Below, piece after piece: positions 1 through 9,588 of a stretch of DNA of 64,000 nt (positions within the stretch are counted from its first letter, which is position 1; the number at the start of each line of letters is the position of its first letter). Below the pieces are notes generated by a model. The model was given only the letters and a program-made list of their open reading frames with translations. It was not told where the DNA came from and ran no database searches. The stretch is taken from the sequence record MN850630.1; one strand, 5' to 3'. Source of the stretch: Escherichia phage naam. The position numbers and the translations under genes were made by a program.

Positions 1-165
1 ATTACCGATGTGCATGTTTACCACAACGGTGAAGAGGTGGACTTCCACAAACTGCCAAACGATATGCGCCACTCAATTTACAAACGTGCAGCCCGTGAAC
101 TAGAGTCCTATCTTGATGCAGCGACGACAGCAGCTGCATTTGCCGAAGAAGTGGGAGGTTTCTGA
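1..165 (+). CDS. hypothetical protein (3' fragment, gene starts left of window)
   Basis: Open frame from window edge to TGA at 163-165; stop overlaps next ATG (ATGA). Confidence 0.4.
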   Translation: MTDVHVYHNGEEVDFHKLPNDMRHSIYKRAARELESYLDAATTAAAFAEEVGGF

Positions 166-560
166 TGATTACAGGTGTGAAGATTATCCAATACCACTTA
201 ACCAAGTTGGAAGATGCTGAGAAAGAGCTTGCAGAAGTTCTGAACAGTGGATATACTTTGCTATCATGCGCCTGTTCAGACACCTACGCTGTGTGGACAC
301 TTATCCGGAAGGAAGAGCCTGCAGGGATCTTGGTGCCAAACCCTAAGATTATTAGTGAGGTGGATGACTACCCCCAAGACGGCCTGCCAGAAGGCTGGGA
401 AGTATGGGAAGGTGGTGAAAACCCTGCACCAGGTAAGTGGGTAAAATACAAACTACGTAGTGGTGCACAGTACGCTGACTACTCTGATGACCTAGACTGG
501 AGTCATTCTTCACCAGGATCGTCTGCAAGTTCATATGATATCGTTGCTTTTCAGGAATAA
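165..560 (+). CDS. hypothetical protein
   Basis: 131-aa ORF, GGGAGG RBS upstream, same strand as neighbours. Confidence 0.55.
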   Translation: MITGVKIIQYHLTKLEDAEKELAEVLNSGYTLLSCACSDTYAVWTLIRKEEPAGILVPNPKIISEVDDYPQDGLPEGWEVWEGGENPAPGKWVKYKLRSGAQYADYSDDLDWSHSSPGSSASSYDIVAFQE

Positions 561-572
561 GGAGAGAGTACT

Positions 573-1055
573 ATGTCAGATTTTATGTGGAAAGTAGGCT
601 ATGCCACTCCTGAAATGTGCGAGGCTTGCTTTGTGAAAATAGGCCGCGAGGATATCGACAAAGTGATCCTTAAGTTTCGTGATGTGGCTGTGATCGGCAA
701 CCGGGTGCTTAAGCACTTAAAGAATCTGAAGCTCACTAAAAAGAAGTTCTTCGGACTTTTCGAAGAGAAAGTTGATGCTTGGACCCATTGCATTCAGGAA
801 GCTAAATCTCACTACAGTGCTATCGTTACTCCAGAACGGGTAGCTAAGATGGAAGGATTCATCAACAGCACAGAATTTGAGTGTCTGAAAGCTGCACTTG
901 ATAGTTATCCGAAATGCCTCAAGCACTTGGACAAGTATGCAGAAAAGGATGGGGAAATGTATCTAACCCTGGACGCATATTATGAGATGCAAGAAATTTT
1001 AAATTTAGATTTGACATTGGTATCCACCGAGTACACAATAGGTATCCGGGTTTAA
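573..1055 (+). CDS. hypothetical protein
   Basis: 160-aa ORF, GGAGAG RBS upstream; followed by terminator hairpin. Confidence 0.55.
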   Translation: MSDFMWKVGYATPEMCEACFVKIGREDIDKVILKFRDVAVIGNRVLKHLKNLKLTKKKFFGLFEEKVDAWTHCIQEAKSHYSAIVTPERVAKMEGFINSTEFECLKAALDSYPKCLKHLDKYAEKDGEMYLTLDAYYEMQEILNLDLTLVSTEYTIGIRV

Positions 1056-1060
1056 CACTA

Positions 1061-1089
1061 GGCCCTGCCCGAAAGGGTGGGGCTTTTTG
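1061..1089 (+). terminator. rho-independent terminator (GAAA-loop hairpin + T-tract)
   Basis: GCCCTGCCC-GAAA-GGGTGGGGC followed by TTTTT; near-identical copy at 11197. Confidence 0.6.
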
Positions 1090-1106
1090 CATTAGGAGAC
1101 AGCAAA

Positions 1107-1871
1107 TTGAAATTTATCTACAAAGAACACTACCATAAAGGTGTTGTGTGGAGTCTATTTGACGGGTCTGGTGGTGCAGTCATTGACTGGGCAAAAGCTG
1201 GGTACCTGTGCCTGTGCTTTAATGCAGAAGGCGCTGATCACGGCAGTTATGCAGAGGTGATCACCGATCATCCCAACATTCACTATGTGGACTATTGGAT
1301 TGACCCGTGGTTCCCTCAGGAAACTTTTTGCATGTATCCGGCTCCAGACTTTATTCTTGCATTTCCTCCGTGCACGCATTTAGCGGTATCAGGTGCTGCA
1401 CATTTTAAGAAAAAGCTGGCTAAGGACCCCATGATCCAAATTAATGCTGTAAAGGATGCTCGGGTTGCGGAAGAGCTGGGAGAGATTTACGATTGCCCGT
1501 GGCATGTAGAGAATCCTGTGGGTGTTATGTCCACACTGTGGCGCAAACCTGATTACCGTTTTCACCCTTCGGATTATGGCGGGTATTTACCGGAAGATGA
1601 TGTAAACCCATGGTTTCCTGAATTTATAGCTCCACGTGATGCCTATCCAAAAATAACTTGCGGCTGGATAGGTAATGGATTTATAATCCCAGCCACAAAA
1701 CCTGTCCCGCAAATAGTTGACGCGGTTAGCGGGTATTCCATGCAACACGCCAAGCTGGGTGGAAAGAGTGCAAGAACGAAGATGATTCGAAGCCTCACAC
1801 CACGTGGCTGGGCAAAAGCCGTATTCCTAGCAAACGAGCCTGTAGTAAGGAGCAGAATTAATGGGAAGTAA
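1107..1871 (+). CDS. DNA (cytosine-5)-methyltransferase-like protein
   Basis: Motifs LFDGSGG (motif I), PPCTHLAVSG (PCQ-like, Q to T), HVENPVG (ENV); TTG start 1107 after AGGAGA RBS assumed, longest frame from 1077. Confidence 0.5.
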   Translation: MKFIYKEHYHKGVVWSLFDGSGGAVIDWAKAGYLCLCFNAEGADHGSYAEVITDHPNIHYVDYWIDPWFPQETFCMYPAPDFILAFPPCTHLAVSGAAHFKKKLAKDPMIQINAVKDARVAEELGEIYDCPWHVENPVGVMSTLWRKPDYRFHPSDYGGYLPEDDVNPWFPEFIAPRDAYPKITCGWIGNGFIIPATKPVPQIVDAVSGYSMQHAKLGGKSARTKMIRSLTPRGWAKAVFLANEPVVRSRINGK

Positions 1872-3939
1872 ATTTATGGCATCTGCATACAACCGTTTCG
1901 GTGAGCCAAACCCGAAAGCAACTAAGTATAAAAGTGGGGGAAGTGTGAAACGAGACTATCGTGATGAAAAAGAAGTTGAAACTGTAGAGACTGTTTTAGA
2001 AAATACTAAAATTGTCCCTGTCCCACAACAAAATATCGGTCTGATGGCTGCACAATATTTTGGTGTGCGATCAGCATTGTCACAAGAAGACGGTGTGACA
2101 GTCACTGCAACATATTTCCCATATTACGACCGCTACGGAAATCTGTCCGGTTTCAAAAAGCGTGACTGGACTATTCCTAAAGAACAAAGGGGCCACTTCT
2201 CCGTTGTTGGCATCGTAAAGGCCAACTCCCAGATGTTTGGTCAAAAGCTGTGTGCATCTTCCAACAACCGTAAGCAGATTAACGTTTGTGAGGGAGAAGG
2301 TGATGTTATTGCAGCATGGCAGGCTGCATATCAGATACAAGTAAAAGGGATTCTCACCAACGCTAAAGCCCCGGCAAAGGTGAAGCAGTGGGCTAAAGAG
2401 GTCCAGGACGGGATCGACGCAGTTATCAACGGTGGTGATCTGGCAGGAAAACCCTGCCTGCCTTTTGTTGGAATTAACTGTGGATGTGCAAACGCAGTAG
2501 ATACTTTTGCAAACAATGAGAAGTTTATCCGTAGCTATGGAACAGTTGTGCTGGCAATGGATAACGATGCAGCTAACGAGGTAGAGAAGCAAAAACACGT
2601 CATTAAAGGTGTCGAGGCCACGCACAATATCGCAGCATTTTTGATGGCTGATAACGTTTACCACGTAGAATACCCTGGTGAAGTAAACGACCCTGACGGT
2701 GTAAAAGATATCCGAGACATGCTGAAGGCTAAAAAGCTGGAAGATATTGTCAACATGTTCCGGCATCCTGTTAAATATGTGCCTGATGCTGTGTCGGATT
2801 TAGAAGACTTCTCTATCGAGTCTTTGCGGAAAAAGACTTCCAACGGGGTAGATATCAGCGCAGAGTTCCCAAAACTGCAAAAAATGCTAAAAGGCTTGCA
2901 CAAAGGTACACTCGTAATGCTTACAGGCCCATCAGGTGGCGGTAAAACAACCGTAGCTAAAAAACTGGAACACTGTATTGCAAGATACCTAATGGACCCG
3001 ACATGCCCGAAGGCTGATGACTATGAAGAGGATGATCGTCTATGTATGATCCATCTTGAGGAGGACCCAGAGGAAGCAATTAACTCCTTGTATGCAAACC
3101 AGTTAGGGTTTGATGTTAAAGAGTTTGTTGAAGATCCTAGCCAGTTTTTAACTGATCAAGAACACGCAGAGATTCATCAGTCATGGGCAAAAGCTGGAAA
3201 AATCAAAGTGTTCAAACATTTCGGGTCTATTCCGGTGGATGAGTTGATTACCAAGCTTAAGCAAATGGTTTGCCTGTACCATTGCCGTTATATTGTGCTG
3301 GATCACCTGTCCATGGTAATTTCAGGGCTTAATGTTAAGGATGAGCGAAAAGAACTGGACATGGCTATGACCCAACTGGCTGCGTTTTGTAAGCAGTTTA
3401 ATGTGTTTATCTTGGTGATCGCTCACCTCAAACGTACAGAGATTGTGCCTCCTAAGGACAAGGATGGTAACCCGTTACCTTTCTGGTATCCTGTGCGAAA
3501 AGAGAATTTGCGAGGATCGGCGGGGCTTGAACAGTTGAGTTGGGTAGTCATAGGTGTCGAGGCCGAAGAAATGGTGGATCGTTCTCGTGGGCGTGTCCGT
3601 CTGGTAGGTCTTAAAAACCGTCCAGCAAAAACTTTAGGTATTGCTGACACTTTAGTTATGGACCCGCACACAGGTAAGTTCCATGATGCCAGTAACTGGT
3701 ACTGGGACAAAGAAATGCAAATGTTTACAGACGGAGAAGGTGGGGAGGTTGTTTGGAGACCTCAGGCTATGTTTGAGGATCAGGAGCATGCAGTTGTAGA
3801 AACACCTATGGGCAAGGTTGTGGCTGATAAGGTTGTAACTCCTACTGTTAAGCCTGTTGACACGCAGGAAGACCTCCAGTACGATGATCCGTCCTCTGAC
3901 CATGTTCCTGGTTTTGAGGATGATGAAACACCTTTTTAA
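1861..3939 (+). CDS. fused DNA primase-helicase (TOPRIM + DnaB-like)
   Basis: TOPRIM-like EGEGD and MDNDAANE; Walker A GPSGGGKTT; Walker B IVLDHL; acidic C-terminus EDDETPF. Confidence 0.85.
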   Translation: MGSKFMASAYNRFGEPNPKATKYKSGGSVKRDYRDEKEVETVETVLENTKIVPVPQQNIGLMAAQYFGVRSALSQEDGVTVTATYFPYYDRYGNLSGFKKRDWTIPKEQRGHFSVVGIVKANSQMFGQKLCASSNNRKQINVCEGEGDVIAAWQAAYQIQVKGILTNAKAPAKVKQWAKEVQDGIDAVINGGDLAGKPCLPFVGINCGCANAVDTFANNEKFIRSYGTVVLAMDNDAANEVEKQKHVIKGVEATHNIAAFLMADNVYHVEYPGEVNDPDGVKDIRDMLKAKKLEDIVNMFRHPVKYVPDAVSDLEDFSIESLRKKTSNGVDISAEFPKLQKMLKGLHKGTLVMLTGPSGGGKTTVAKKLEHCIARYLMDPTCPKADDYEEDDRLCMIHLEEDPEEAINSLYANQLGFDVKEFVEDPSQFLTDQEHAEIHQSWAKAGKIKVFKHFGSIPVDELITKLKQMVCLYHCRYIVLDHLSMVISGLNVKDERKELDMAMTQLAAFCKQFNVFILVIAHLKRTEIVPPKDKDGNPLPFWYPVRKENLRGSAGLEQLSWVVIGVEAEEMVDRSRGRVRLVGLKNRPAKTLGIADTLVMDPHTGKFHDASNWYWDKEMQMFTDGEGGEVVWRPQAMFEDQEHAVVETPMGKVVADKVVTPTVKPVDTQEDLQYDDPSSDHVPGFEDDETPF

Positions 3940-3997
3940 TGTTTAACAAAGAGTGGGAGGGGTAGTACAACCGCCTCCCCTTTAAGGAGAACTGTAT

Positions 3998-6775
3998 ATG
4001 AGCATGTGGTCGTTCGATTTTGAGTCATCCGGTTTGCTGGAAGACCCAGATCTTTATTATCACTGCGGCCTGTTTAAAGAGCTGAATAAGAACCGTTTTA
4101 TGCTGTTCCTTCCTCTGAATGACCGCACACACTACTCCGAGGAGGATATAGAGAAGGCCAAGAACTTTATTCTGGCAAAGAAAACTCTTTATAAGGATTT
4201 TGAAGTTCGCATAGCAGATTTTTCGGAGTTGGAAGGTTGGCTTACAGGAAATTCCGACTGGTCACCAACAGCTTTGAACTGCCATAACTGCTACAGTTAT
4301 GACTTTATGCTGATGGAGAGATTATCCGGTATTCATTTTGATATGTTCCGTGATCCTAAATGTATGGGGACTATCAACGACCACCAGGTTAACCTGTTTG
4401 ATACGTTGGCGATGAGCCGAATCTTGTGGCCTGATCGCCCTTTACCAAAAGGTTGTCCGGACTCCGTATTCAACCCGGTTACTAAGAAAATGCAGCCTGT
4501 TGGTCCTCACGGCCTTATGGCATGGGGCTACGCCCTTGGTAACCAGAAAGTTCAAATTGATGACTGGCGCGATCTTCCGTTGTGGAAGTATGTGGATCGT
4601 GTATTCGAGGACGTTATCATCCAGGAGCTACTCTGGAAAGAGCTGGTAGCGGAATCAAAAGGTGTATTCTACGGCAAATCTGACATGCAGAACTTTATGT
4701 ACGATCCTGCCAAAGAGAAGCCGAAAGGGTTCAAGAAGATCACCTGGAAGAACGCATTGCGCCGGGGTATGCTGCAACACTTCCTGATGGAGCTGCAGGC
4801 CCGTCAGGGTGTGTATTTTGACATAGATGGGGCTATTGCTTTACGTGACCGTTGCGATGCTTGGATGAAAGAAATCGCTGATCGTGTTGAACCACAACTA
4901 CCTTTAAAAGAGCTGTCAATGTCTCAGCGGCCCAAGTTCCCTGAAAAGCCGTTTAACCAAGATGGGACAATCTCCAATAATGGTTGGAAATGGTTAAAAG
5001 ATAAGCTTGGCTATCCTGTGGACATGAGTGCTTTAGAGTTCAAGGCCCCGCCTAAGCGAGCATTTACCTCTACAGGAGATGTCAGTAAGATGGGGATAAA
5101 ATGGTGTGAAGAGATGGGCTGCAAAGACCCAGATAAGATGGCTGATTTCTTGAGAGGCTATATTAAGGGCACCTCCACACCACAACCTTTGCCTAAAGAG
5201 CTAATGGATCAGGCAATAAGTGATCTACAGCAGAAGCGAATGCCGGACTGCAAGATACCTATGAAAATCAGCAACCAGGACGACATTAAGCGATACCTGA
5301 TCAGTGCTGGTTGGCTTCCGACAATGTGGAGAACTAAGGATGTAACTAAAGACAGCAAGAAGAAAGCTCTACCTGATGCAGATGTTGATGCACGAGTATA
5401 TGCATATATGGACGAGCTTTTAGAGTCAGAGTATTGTGACCTGATTATCAACTTCTGGAACAAAACTGATGCTAAGTTCCAGACAACCGTGCACAAGTTC
5501 CGAAGCTTTCCTAACTCCGAAAGGATTAAAAAGGAAGTATTCGGGAAAATACGTAGAAAAGCTAGGGCACTTATTACTTCTCCGCAACTGAAAGATACTT
5601 TTGGACACCTATGTCCAAATCTTGAAAAATTGAACGGAGAGATGGCTAAAGATATCGTCTTGTGGTTATCATTGCGAAACCGCAGATCGGTCCTTGATCC
5701 AATCAAGGAGGATAAGGTTGATACTGGTCTTCTTAATCACCCACGTTTGAAGATTGACCATAAGCTTCCTGCTAAAAGCTCTGGATTAACAAACACTTCC
5801 CGACAGAAACACAGTATTTGTGCAAACATGCCTAAACCATCTCCTAAAGTGGTTATGGGTAAAGAGATGCGTAGTCTGTGGGGTGTTCCTCCAGGATACT
5901 TTGAGATCGGTATTGACGGGTCCAACTTAGAGCAGCTTATCGGGGCTTGGGGTGCCTTTGAGTTCGACAACGGCTTGTATTATGATGTTGTAAGTAACGG
6001 AGACGCACACCAAAACAACGCCGAGGCATATACAAAAGTAGCAGGCAGAGAGGTATCTCGTAACGACGGTAAACCTATCACGTATGGGGTTATGTACGGG
6101 GCACAAAAAGACAAAGTTGCAGACATGCTGGATATCTCCCCAGAGTTGGGACAAAGGGTAATTGATGCACTTTGGGATGCCAACCCTGGTCTTAAGGGGC
6201 GTAAAGAAGATCTGGAGAAATTCTGGGAAGCAACGGGTAAGAAGTTTATCTACTCTTTTGATGGTCATGCTATCTGGACCCGATCTAAACACTCTTTACT
6301 TAATGCATACCAACAGAATGGTGGTGCATCGTTGTGTGACTTAGTTGGGATACTCATGCACCACCAAATGGTGAAGCGTGGGTGGTACGATGAAGGTGTT
6401 CGTCGTATTATTTATTACCATGACGAATATCAGCTTCAAGTCCCTGACACACCTAAGTATAAGACTGTGTACACCTTCGACACAATTGAAGAACTGGAAG
6501 CATTTAAGGCAGAGCAGGAGTCCAAACTTCATGTGTTCGACGGTCATAAGTACAAAAAGGCACGCAAGGATGAGGACGGAAACGAAGTGGTTGACAGAGA
6601 CGGAAACACGGTGTACGATCCTATCCTGAACGATGACGGAAAGCTTGAACTTATCTGGAGCCCTGTGGGTGAAATGGTGGTGCATTGCTTCTGGCAAGCT
6701 TCTAAAATGATGGGCGTCCCGTTTCAGATCACAGGTGAATACCTGTGTGGTCGTAATTGGGGTGATTGTCACTAA
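3998..6775 (+). CDS. DNA polymerase, family A, with 3'-5' exonuclease domain
   Basis: 925 aa; exo motif FDFESSG; PolA motif B K..YGVMYGAQ; motif C YYHDEYQL; AAGGAG RBS. Confidence 0.9.
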   Translation: MSMWSFDFESSGLLEDPDLYYHCGLFKELNKNRFMLFLPLNDRTHYSEEDIEKAKNFILAKKTLYKDFEVRIADFSELEGWLTGNSDWSPTALNCHNCYSYDFMLMERLSGIHFDMFRDPKCMGTINDHQVNLFDTLAMSRILWPDRPLPKGCPDSVFNPVTKKMQPVGPHGLMAWGYALGNQKVQIDDWRDLPLWKYVDRVFEDVIIQELLWKELVAESKGVFYGKSDMQNFMYDPAKEKPKGFKKITWKNALRRGMLQHFLMELQARQGVYFDIDGAIALRDRCDAWMKEIADRVEPQLPLKELSMSQRPKFPEKPFNQDGTISNNGWKWLKDKLGYPVDMSALEFKAPPKRAFTSTGDVSKMGIKWCEEMGCKDPDKMADFLRGYIKGTSTPQPLPKELMDQAISDLQQKRMPDCKIPMKISNQDDIKRYLISAGWLPTMWRTKDVTKDSKKKALPDADVDARVYAYMDELLESEYCDLIINFWNKTDAKFQTTVHKFRSFPNSERIKKEVFGKIRRKARALITSPQLKDTFGHLCPNLEKLNGEMAKDIVLWLSLRNRRSVLDPIKEDKVDTGLLNHPRLKIDHKLPAKSSGLTNTSRQKHSICANMPKPSPKVVMGKEMRSLWGVPPGYFEIGIDGSNLEQLIGAWGAFEFDNGLYYDVVSNGDAHQNNAEAYTKVAGREVSRNDGKPITYGVMYGAQKDKVADMLDISPELGQRVIDALWDANPGLKGRKEDLEKFWEATGKKFIYSFDGHAIWTRSKHSLLNAYQQNGGASLCDLVGILMHHQMVKRGWYDEGVRRIIYYHDEYQLQVPDTPKYKTVYTFDTIEELEAFKAEQESKLHVFDGHKYKKARKDEDGNEVVDRDGNTVYDPILNDDGKLELIWSPVGEMVVHCFWQASKMMGVPFQITGEYLCGRNWGDCH

Positions 6776-6824
6776 TGTAAACTATCAACACATGGAAGTG
6801 TTGTTGAGCAAAGAGGAGACTTTT

Positions 6825-7109
6825 ATGGTAGTAGAACCAACAAAAACATTTACATCCATGACTATCCCTGTTATTATGCAGGTGGAGTGTGTTCAGGTAT
6901 CTCAAGTGTGGCCAGGCACTAAAATCCCAACAGGGCCTGATTTCTTTCAGGTTGGGAAAGTGTACAATGTCTGGAAGGCACCAGATTGTCACCCTTTCAT
7001 CAAAGATGACCGTGGAATGCTGTGGTATCTTGGAAATGATTTGACACTGCACCTTGGGAATGCTATTATTGCAGTATTCAGACTTAACAAGAAGGAGACT
7101 GATCAATGA
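6825..7109 (+). CDS. hypothetical protein
   Basis: ATG at 6825 six nt after AGAGGAG; longest frame (6735) overlaps polymerase 3' end. Confidence 0.5.
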   Translation: MVVEPTKTFTSMTIPVIMQVECVQVSQVWPGTKIPTGPDFFQVGKVYNVWKAPDCHPFIKDDRGMLWYLGNDLTLHLGNAIIAVFRLNKKETDQ

Positions 7110-7333
7110 CGACTTTGGTTAAAGCTACCTTTGTAGAAGAAAAGATGACAGACCTGTCATTCTTTAAAGAAGGAAAGACCTACGAGGTTTATTACGATAA
7201 AGCTCGTGCAAACAAGATGATTAAAGACGAGGAAGGGATTGCCTGGTTTATCTCCCATCTGGCAAACGGTGAGTATCATATCTACGGAACCACCCTGCTT
7301 GCCAAGTTTGTAGCTGTTGAAGAGGACCTATGA
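7106..7333 (+). CDS. hypothetical protein
   Basis: 75-aa ORF, AAGGAG RBS, ATGA overlap with upstream gene. Confidence 0.55.
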   Translation: MTTLVKATFVEEKMTDLSFFKEGKTYEVYYDKARANKMIKDEEGIAWFISHLANGEYHIYGTTLLAKFVAVEEDL

Positions 7334-7524
7334 AAGTAAAGTATCTGGCTGAGGGTATGAGTAGGTATTTCACCCTTGGTGAAGAATATTGGCCCTTTAC
7401 AAGCAACGGCGATGTCTACGTGAAAGATAATTTCGGCACGCCGTGGTTTCTGCACCCTAATGGGCTGGGATACTCCATTTACTGCGGTGCAGTGAACAAC
7501 ACAACACTTGCAGAGTTTGTATAG
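7330..7524 (+). CDS. hypothetical protein
   Basis: 64-aa ORF, start overlaps upstream stop; weak RBS. Confidence 0.45.
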   Translation: MKVKYLAEGMSRYFTLGEEYWPFTSNGDVYVKDNFGTPWFLHPNGLGYSIYCGAVNNTTLAEFV

Positions 7525-7534
7525 AGGAGGTAGA

Positions 7535-7906
7535 ATGTTAGTAAAAGGTACCCACACAGTCAAACAACGTATTGAAGTTGAGATTGATGACTGCGAGCTG
7601 AAGCATATTTTACGGTCATGCTCCAACGTTTTGCTCCTTAGCATTCTTCAGGAGCGAGCAGAGAACGAGTTCTTAAATGCACTGGCAGGCCGTCCTGGTG
7701 ACTTCTGTGTGCGTAAGCGTGGTGACAACAAGTCATGGCTGTGGGAGATAGACGCAGAATGGGATTACCACAAAAATGAGGGTATAGATGAGCCTATTCG
7801 TGAATTGACAGACAAAGAGGTTCAGATGTACAATGAAGTTTGTCATTGGGCAACACGCCAACAAATTTACCTCGACCCCGTGTGGCTGATTGAAAATAGT
7901 CATTGA
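7535..7906 (+). CDS. hypothetical protein
   Basis: ATG 7535 after GAGGAGG RBS, in frame with track ORF 7508. Confidence 0.5.
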   Translation: MLVKGTHTVKQRIEVEIDDCELKHILRSCSNVLLLSILQERAENEFLNALAGRPGDFCVRKRGDNKSWLWEIDAEWDYHKNEGIDEPIRELTDKEVQMYNEVCHWATRQQIYLDPVWLIENSH

Positions 7907-7930
7907 CAAGAAGTAAGATTAGATATAAGA
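7903..7930 (+). promoter_or_regulatory. sigma70-type promoter (TTGACA / TATAAG)
   Basis: TTGACA then about 16 nt then TATAAG, upstream of 7983 gene. Confidence 0.5.
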
Positions 7931-7982
7931 TGCTTCACACAAACAGAGCGTTGATTTTTAAATAACTAAGGAGACTGCTAAG

Positions 7983-8237
7983 ATGAAAATTACTTTGAAG
8001 TCAGAATGCGTTGCAAATGACCGAGCTTTTAAAGATTGCACAGTCGGTGCAATTTATGAAGCAGAGTTTTGTGAGAACCCTCTGGTAAAAGCCCTCCTGG
8101 AAGAAGGGGCCCCTTTATCACAAGAAGAGATCGATGAGCTGGAAAACTCAGCACAGTGCCTTACCTTTAAAGATGATGAAGGAGACTCTGTCTGGTGCAC
8201 TGTTAATGAAGTAGTTTTTGTAAAACCTGAACATTAA
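7983..8237 (+). CDS. hypothetical protein, tandem paralog 1 (AF(K/R)DCT family)
   Basis: 84 aa; AAGGAG RBS; shares DRAFKDCT and GDSVWCT motifs with 8301..8561. Confidence 0.55.
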   Translation: MKITLKSECVANDRAFKDCTVGAIYEAEFCENPLVKALLEEGAPLSQEEIDELENSAQCLTFKDDEGDSVWCTVNEVVFVKPEH

Positions 8238-8240
8238 TAC

Positions 8241-8269
8241 TTGACAACAGTGATGGGGCCTAATATAAT
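8241..8269 (+). promoter_or_regulatory. sigma70 consensus promoter (TTGACA-17-TATAAT)
   Basis: TTGACAacagtgatggggcctaaTATAAT directly read. Confidence 0.65.
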
Positions 8270-8300
8270 GGCCCTATCAAAACGAAAGGGGACCACAGCA

Positions 8301-8561
8301 ATGACCAAACAATATCAACGAATTAAAGCCAAGGTTAAGCCAGACTATCTGGAGAAAGACTCTGCTTTTCGGGACTGCACAGCCGACAAAGTTTACACAG
8401 GGGCTGTCCTGTTGAACGATAAGCTTGAAGTAGATGTGCTGGGTAAAGAGGCCGTTATCGAGGATGACAACGGTGACTGTGTTTTCTGCACCACACGGGA
8501 GCTAGAAGTCTTAGAATACTTCGGTGAAATCTTCAACTCCTTAGACGACGAGGAAGCGTGA
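8301..8561 (+). CDS. hypothetical protein, tandem paralog 2 (AF(K/R)DCT family)
   Basis: ATG 8301 after AAAGGGG RBS and downstream of promoter; DSAFRDCT and GDCVFCT motifs. Confidence 0.55.
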   Translation: MTKQYQRIKAKVKPDYLEKDSAFRDCTADKVYTGAVLLNDKLEVDVLGKEAVIEDDNGDCVFCTTRELEVLEYFGEIFNSLDDEEA

Positions 8562-8950
8562 TGAAAAATATTTGGGATATTGATATCTTTGAAGCCTCTA
8601 AGCTTGACGGTGCTGATGGAGTTATTATGGTGTCTGATGGCAAGGCAACACTAACTTCCGGAGATATCATCTATGCCTTGGACGAGCTGGCGCTTCTGAA
8701 ATCTACCGGTAACACTTTAGAGGAGCGTCTTCAAGGCTTCGCCTTCAAAGAAGGCACAAATACCGCCATGATGTGCACCACACGGACAGTTCAGGTTGGT
8801 AACGGTGTCTATATGATCATTGCTGTGTGTCCTAAATTCAGCAACGTCAACAAAGATGATGCTGACGCTGTCAACGATGTGGTTGTTCTCTTCGTGGGTG
8901 ACGCTATGGCAGACCTGATGAATGCAGGAGAAGCGGCAAATGAAGACTGA
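8558..8950 (+). CDS. hypothetical protein
   Basis: 130 aa, GAGGAAG RBS, ATGA overlap. Confidence 0.5.
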   Translation: MMKNIWDIDIFEASKLDGADGVIMVSDGKATLTSGDIIYALDELALLKSTGNTLEERLQGFAFKEGTNTAMMCTTRTVQVGNGVYMIIAVCPKFSNVNKDDADAVNDVVVLFVGDAMADLMNAGEAANED

Positions 8951-9242
8951 AAACATTACCCCAGCAGGGTTCTTAAAAGTATACCGTGAACTGCTATATA
9001 CTACAGAGGACAGTGTTCTAGAGTATCCAGAATATCTTTTGCTGTATAAGTATCTACAGGAAGCTGGTGAAAATCTGCCAGTTAGTGCAGAAGGCGGTCC
9101 GAACTGGGTATACAGCGCATGGAGAAAGGTTGACATTCTCCCAGATCCAGGTAAAGATATGGTAGTTTGGCAGCTTATCAACAACATCGGGATTCCAATC
9201 TTTGATGAAGCTGTTAAAATCTATTTTGAACTTGACGATTAA
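8940..9242 (+). CDS. hypothetical protein
   Basis: ATG 8940 after AGGAGAAG RBS, in frame with track ORF 8922. Confidence 0.5.
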   Translation: MKTENITPAGFLKVYRELLYTTEDSVLEYPEYLLLYKYLQEAGENLPVSAEGGPNWVYSAWRKVDILPDPGKDMVVWQLINNIGIPIFDEAVKIYFELDD

Positions 9243-9259
9243 TATCAGGAGACCTTAAG

Positions 9260-9505
9260 ATGACTGAAGTAGTTGCTCGCGCAGGACAGAAAGTACGTTG
9301 TGTTGAAGTAGGTTTTGGTGGCAAAGGGTGTCAAAACTTGACTCAAGGTAAGGAATACGCTGTTATTTCTGGTGGTGGCGACGAAAGTATTGTGTTCGAG
9401 GGCCACATCCTGGATGCTGAAAACTTTGAAATCTTTGACGACGATGGGGATCCGATCACCTGCCTGCTGGACGGGAATTGGGGAACTTTTGAAGTGATTG
9501 GCTAA
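9260..9505 (+). CDS. hypothetical protein
   Basis: 81 aa, CAGGAGA RBS. Confidence 0.55.
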   Translation: MTEVVARAGQKVRCVEVGFGGKGCQNLTQGKEYAVISGGGDESIVFEGHILDAENFEIFDDDGDPITCLLDGNWGTFEVIG

Positions 9506-9588
9506 CAAATATCTATTGTAATTTACAGAAGGGGATGCTAAAATAGTGTCTCCTTCTATGTTGTTCAAATAAAATCGGAGATTCCATA

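Noticed and set aside
2080-2766. Long antisense ORFs inside large genes (also 5209..5706, 11974..12498, 13027..13512, 41611..41925, 52663..53082)
   Set aside because: Lie opposite well-supported CDSs with recognisable motifs or good RBSs; no RBS of their own; products not protein-like.
3998-6775. Intein or intron in DNA polymerase (and in nrdA/nrdD)
   Set aside because: Continuous ORFs of normal length with motifs in the expected order; no inserted endonuclease-like block.
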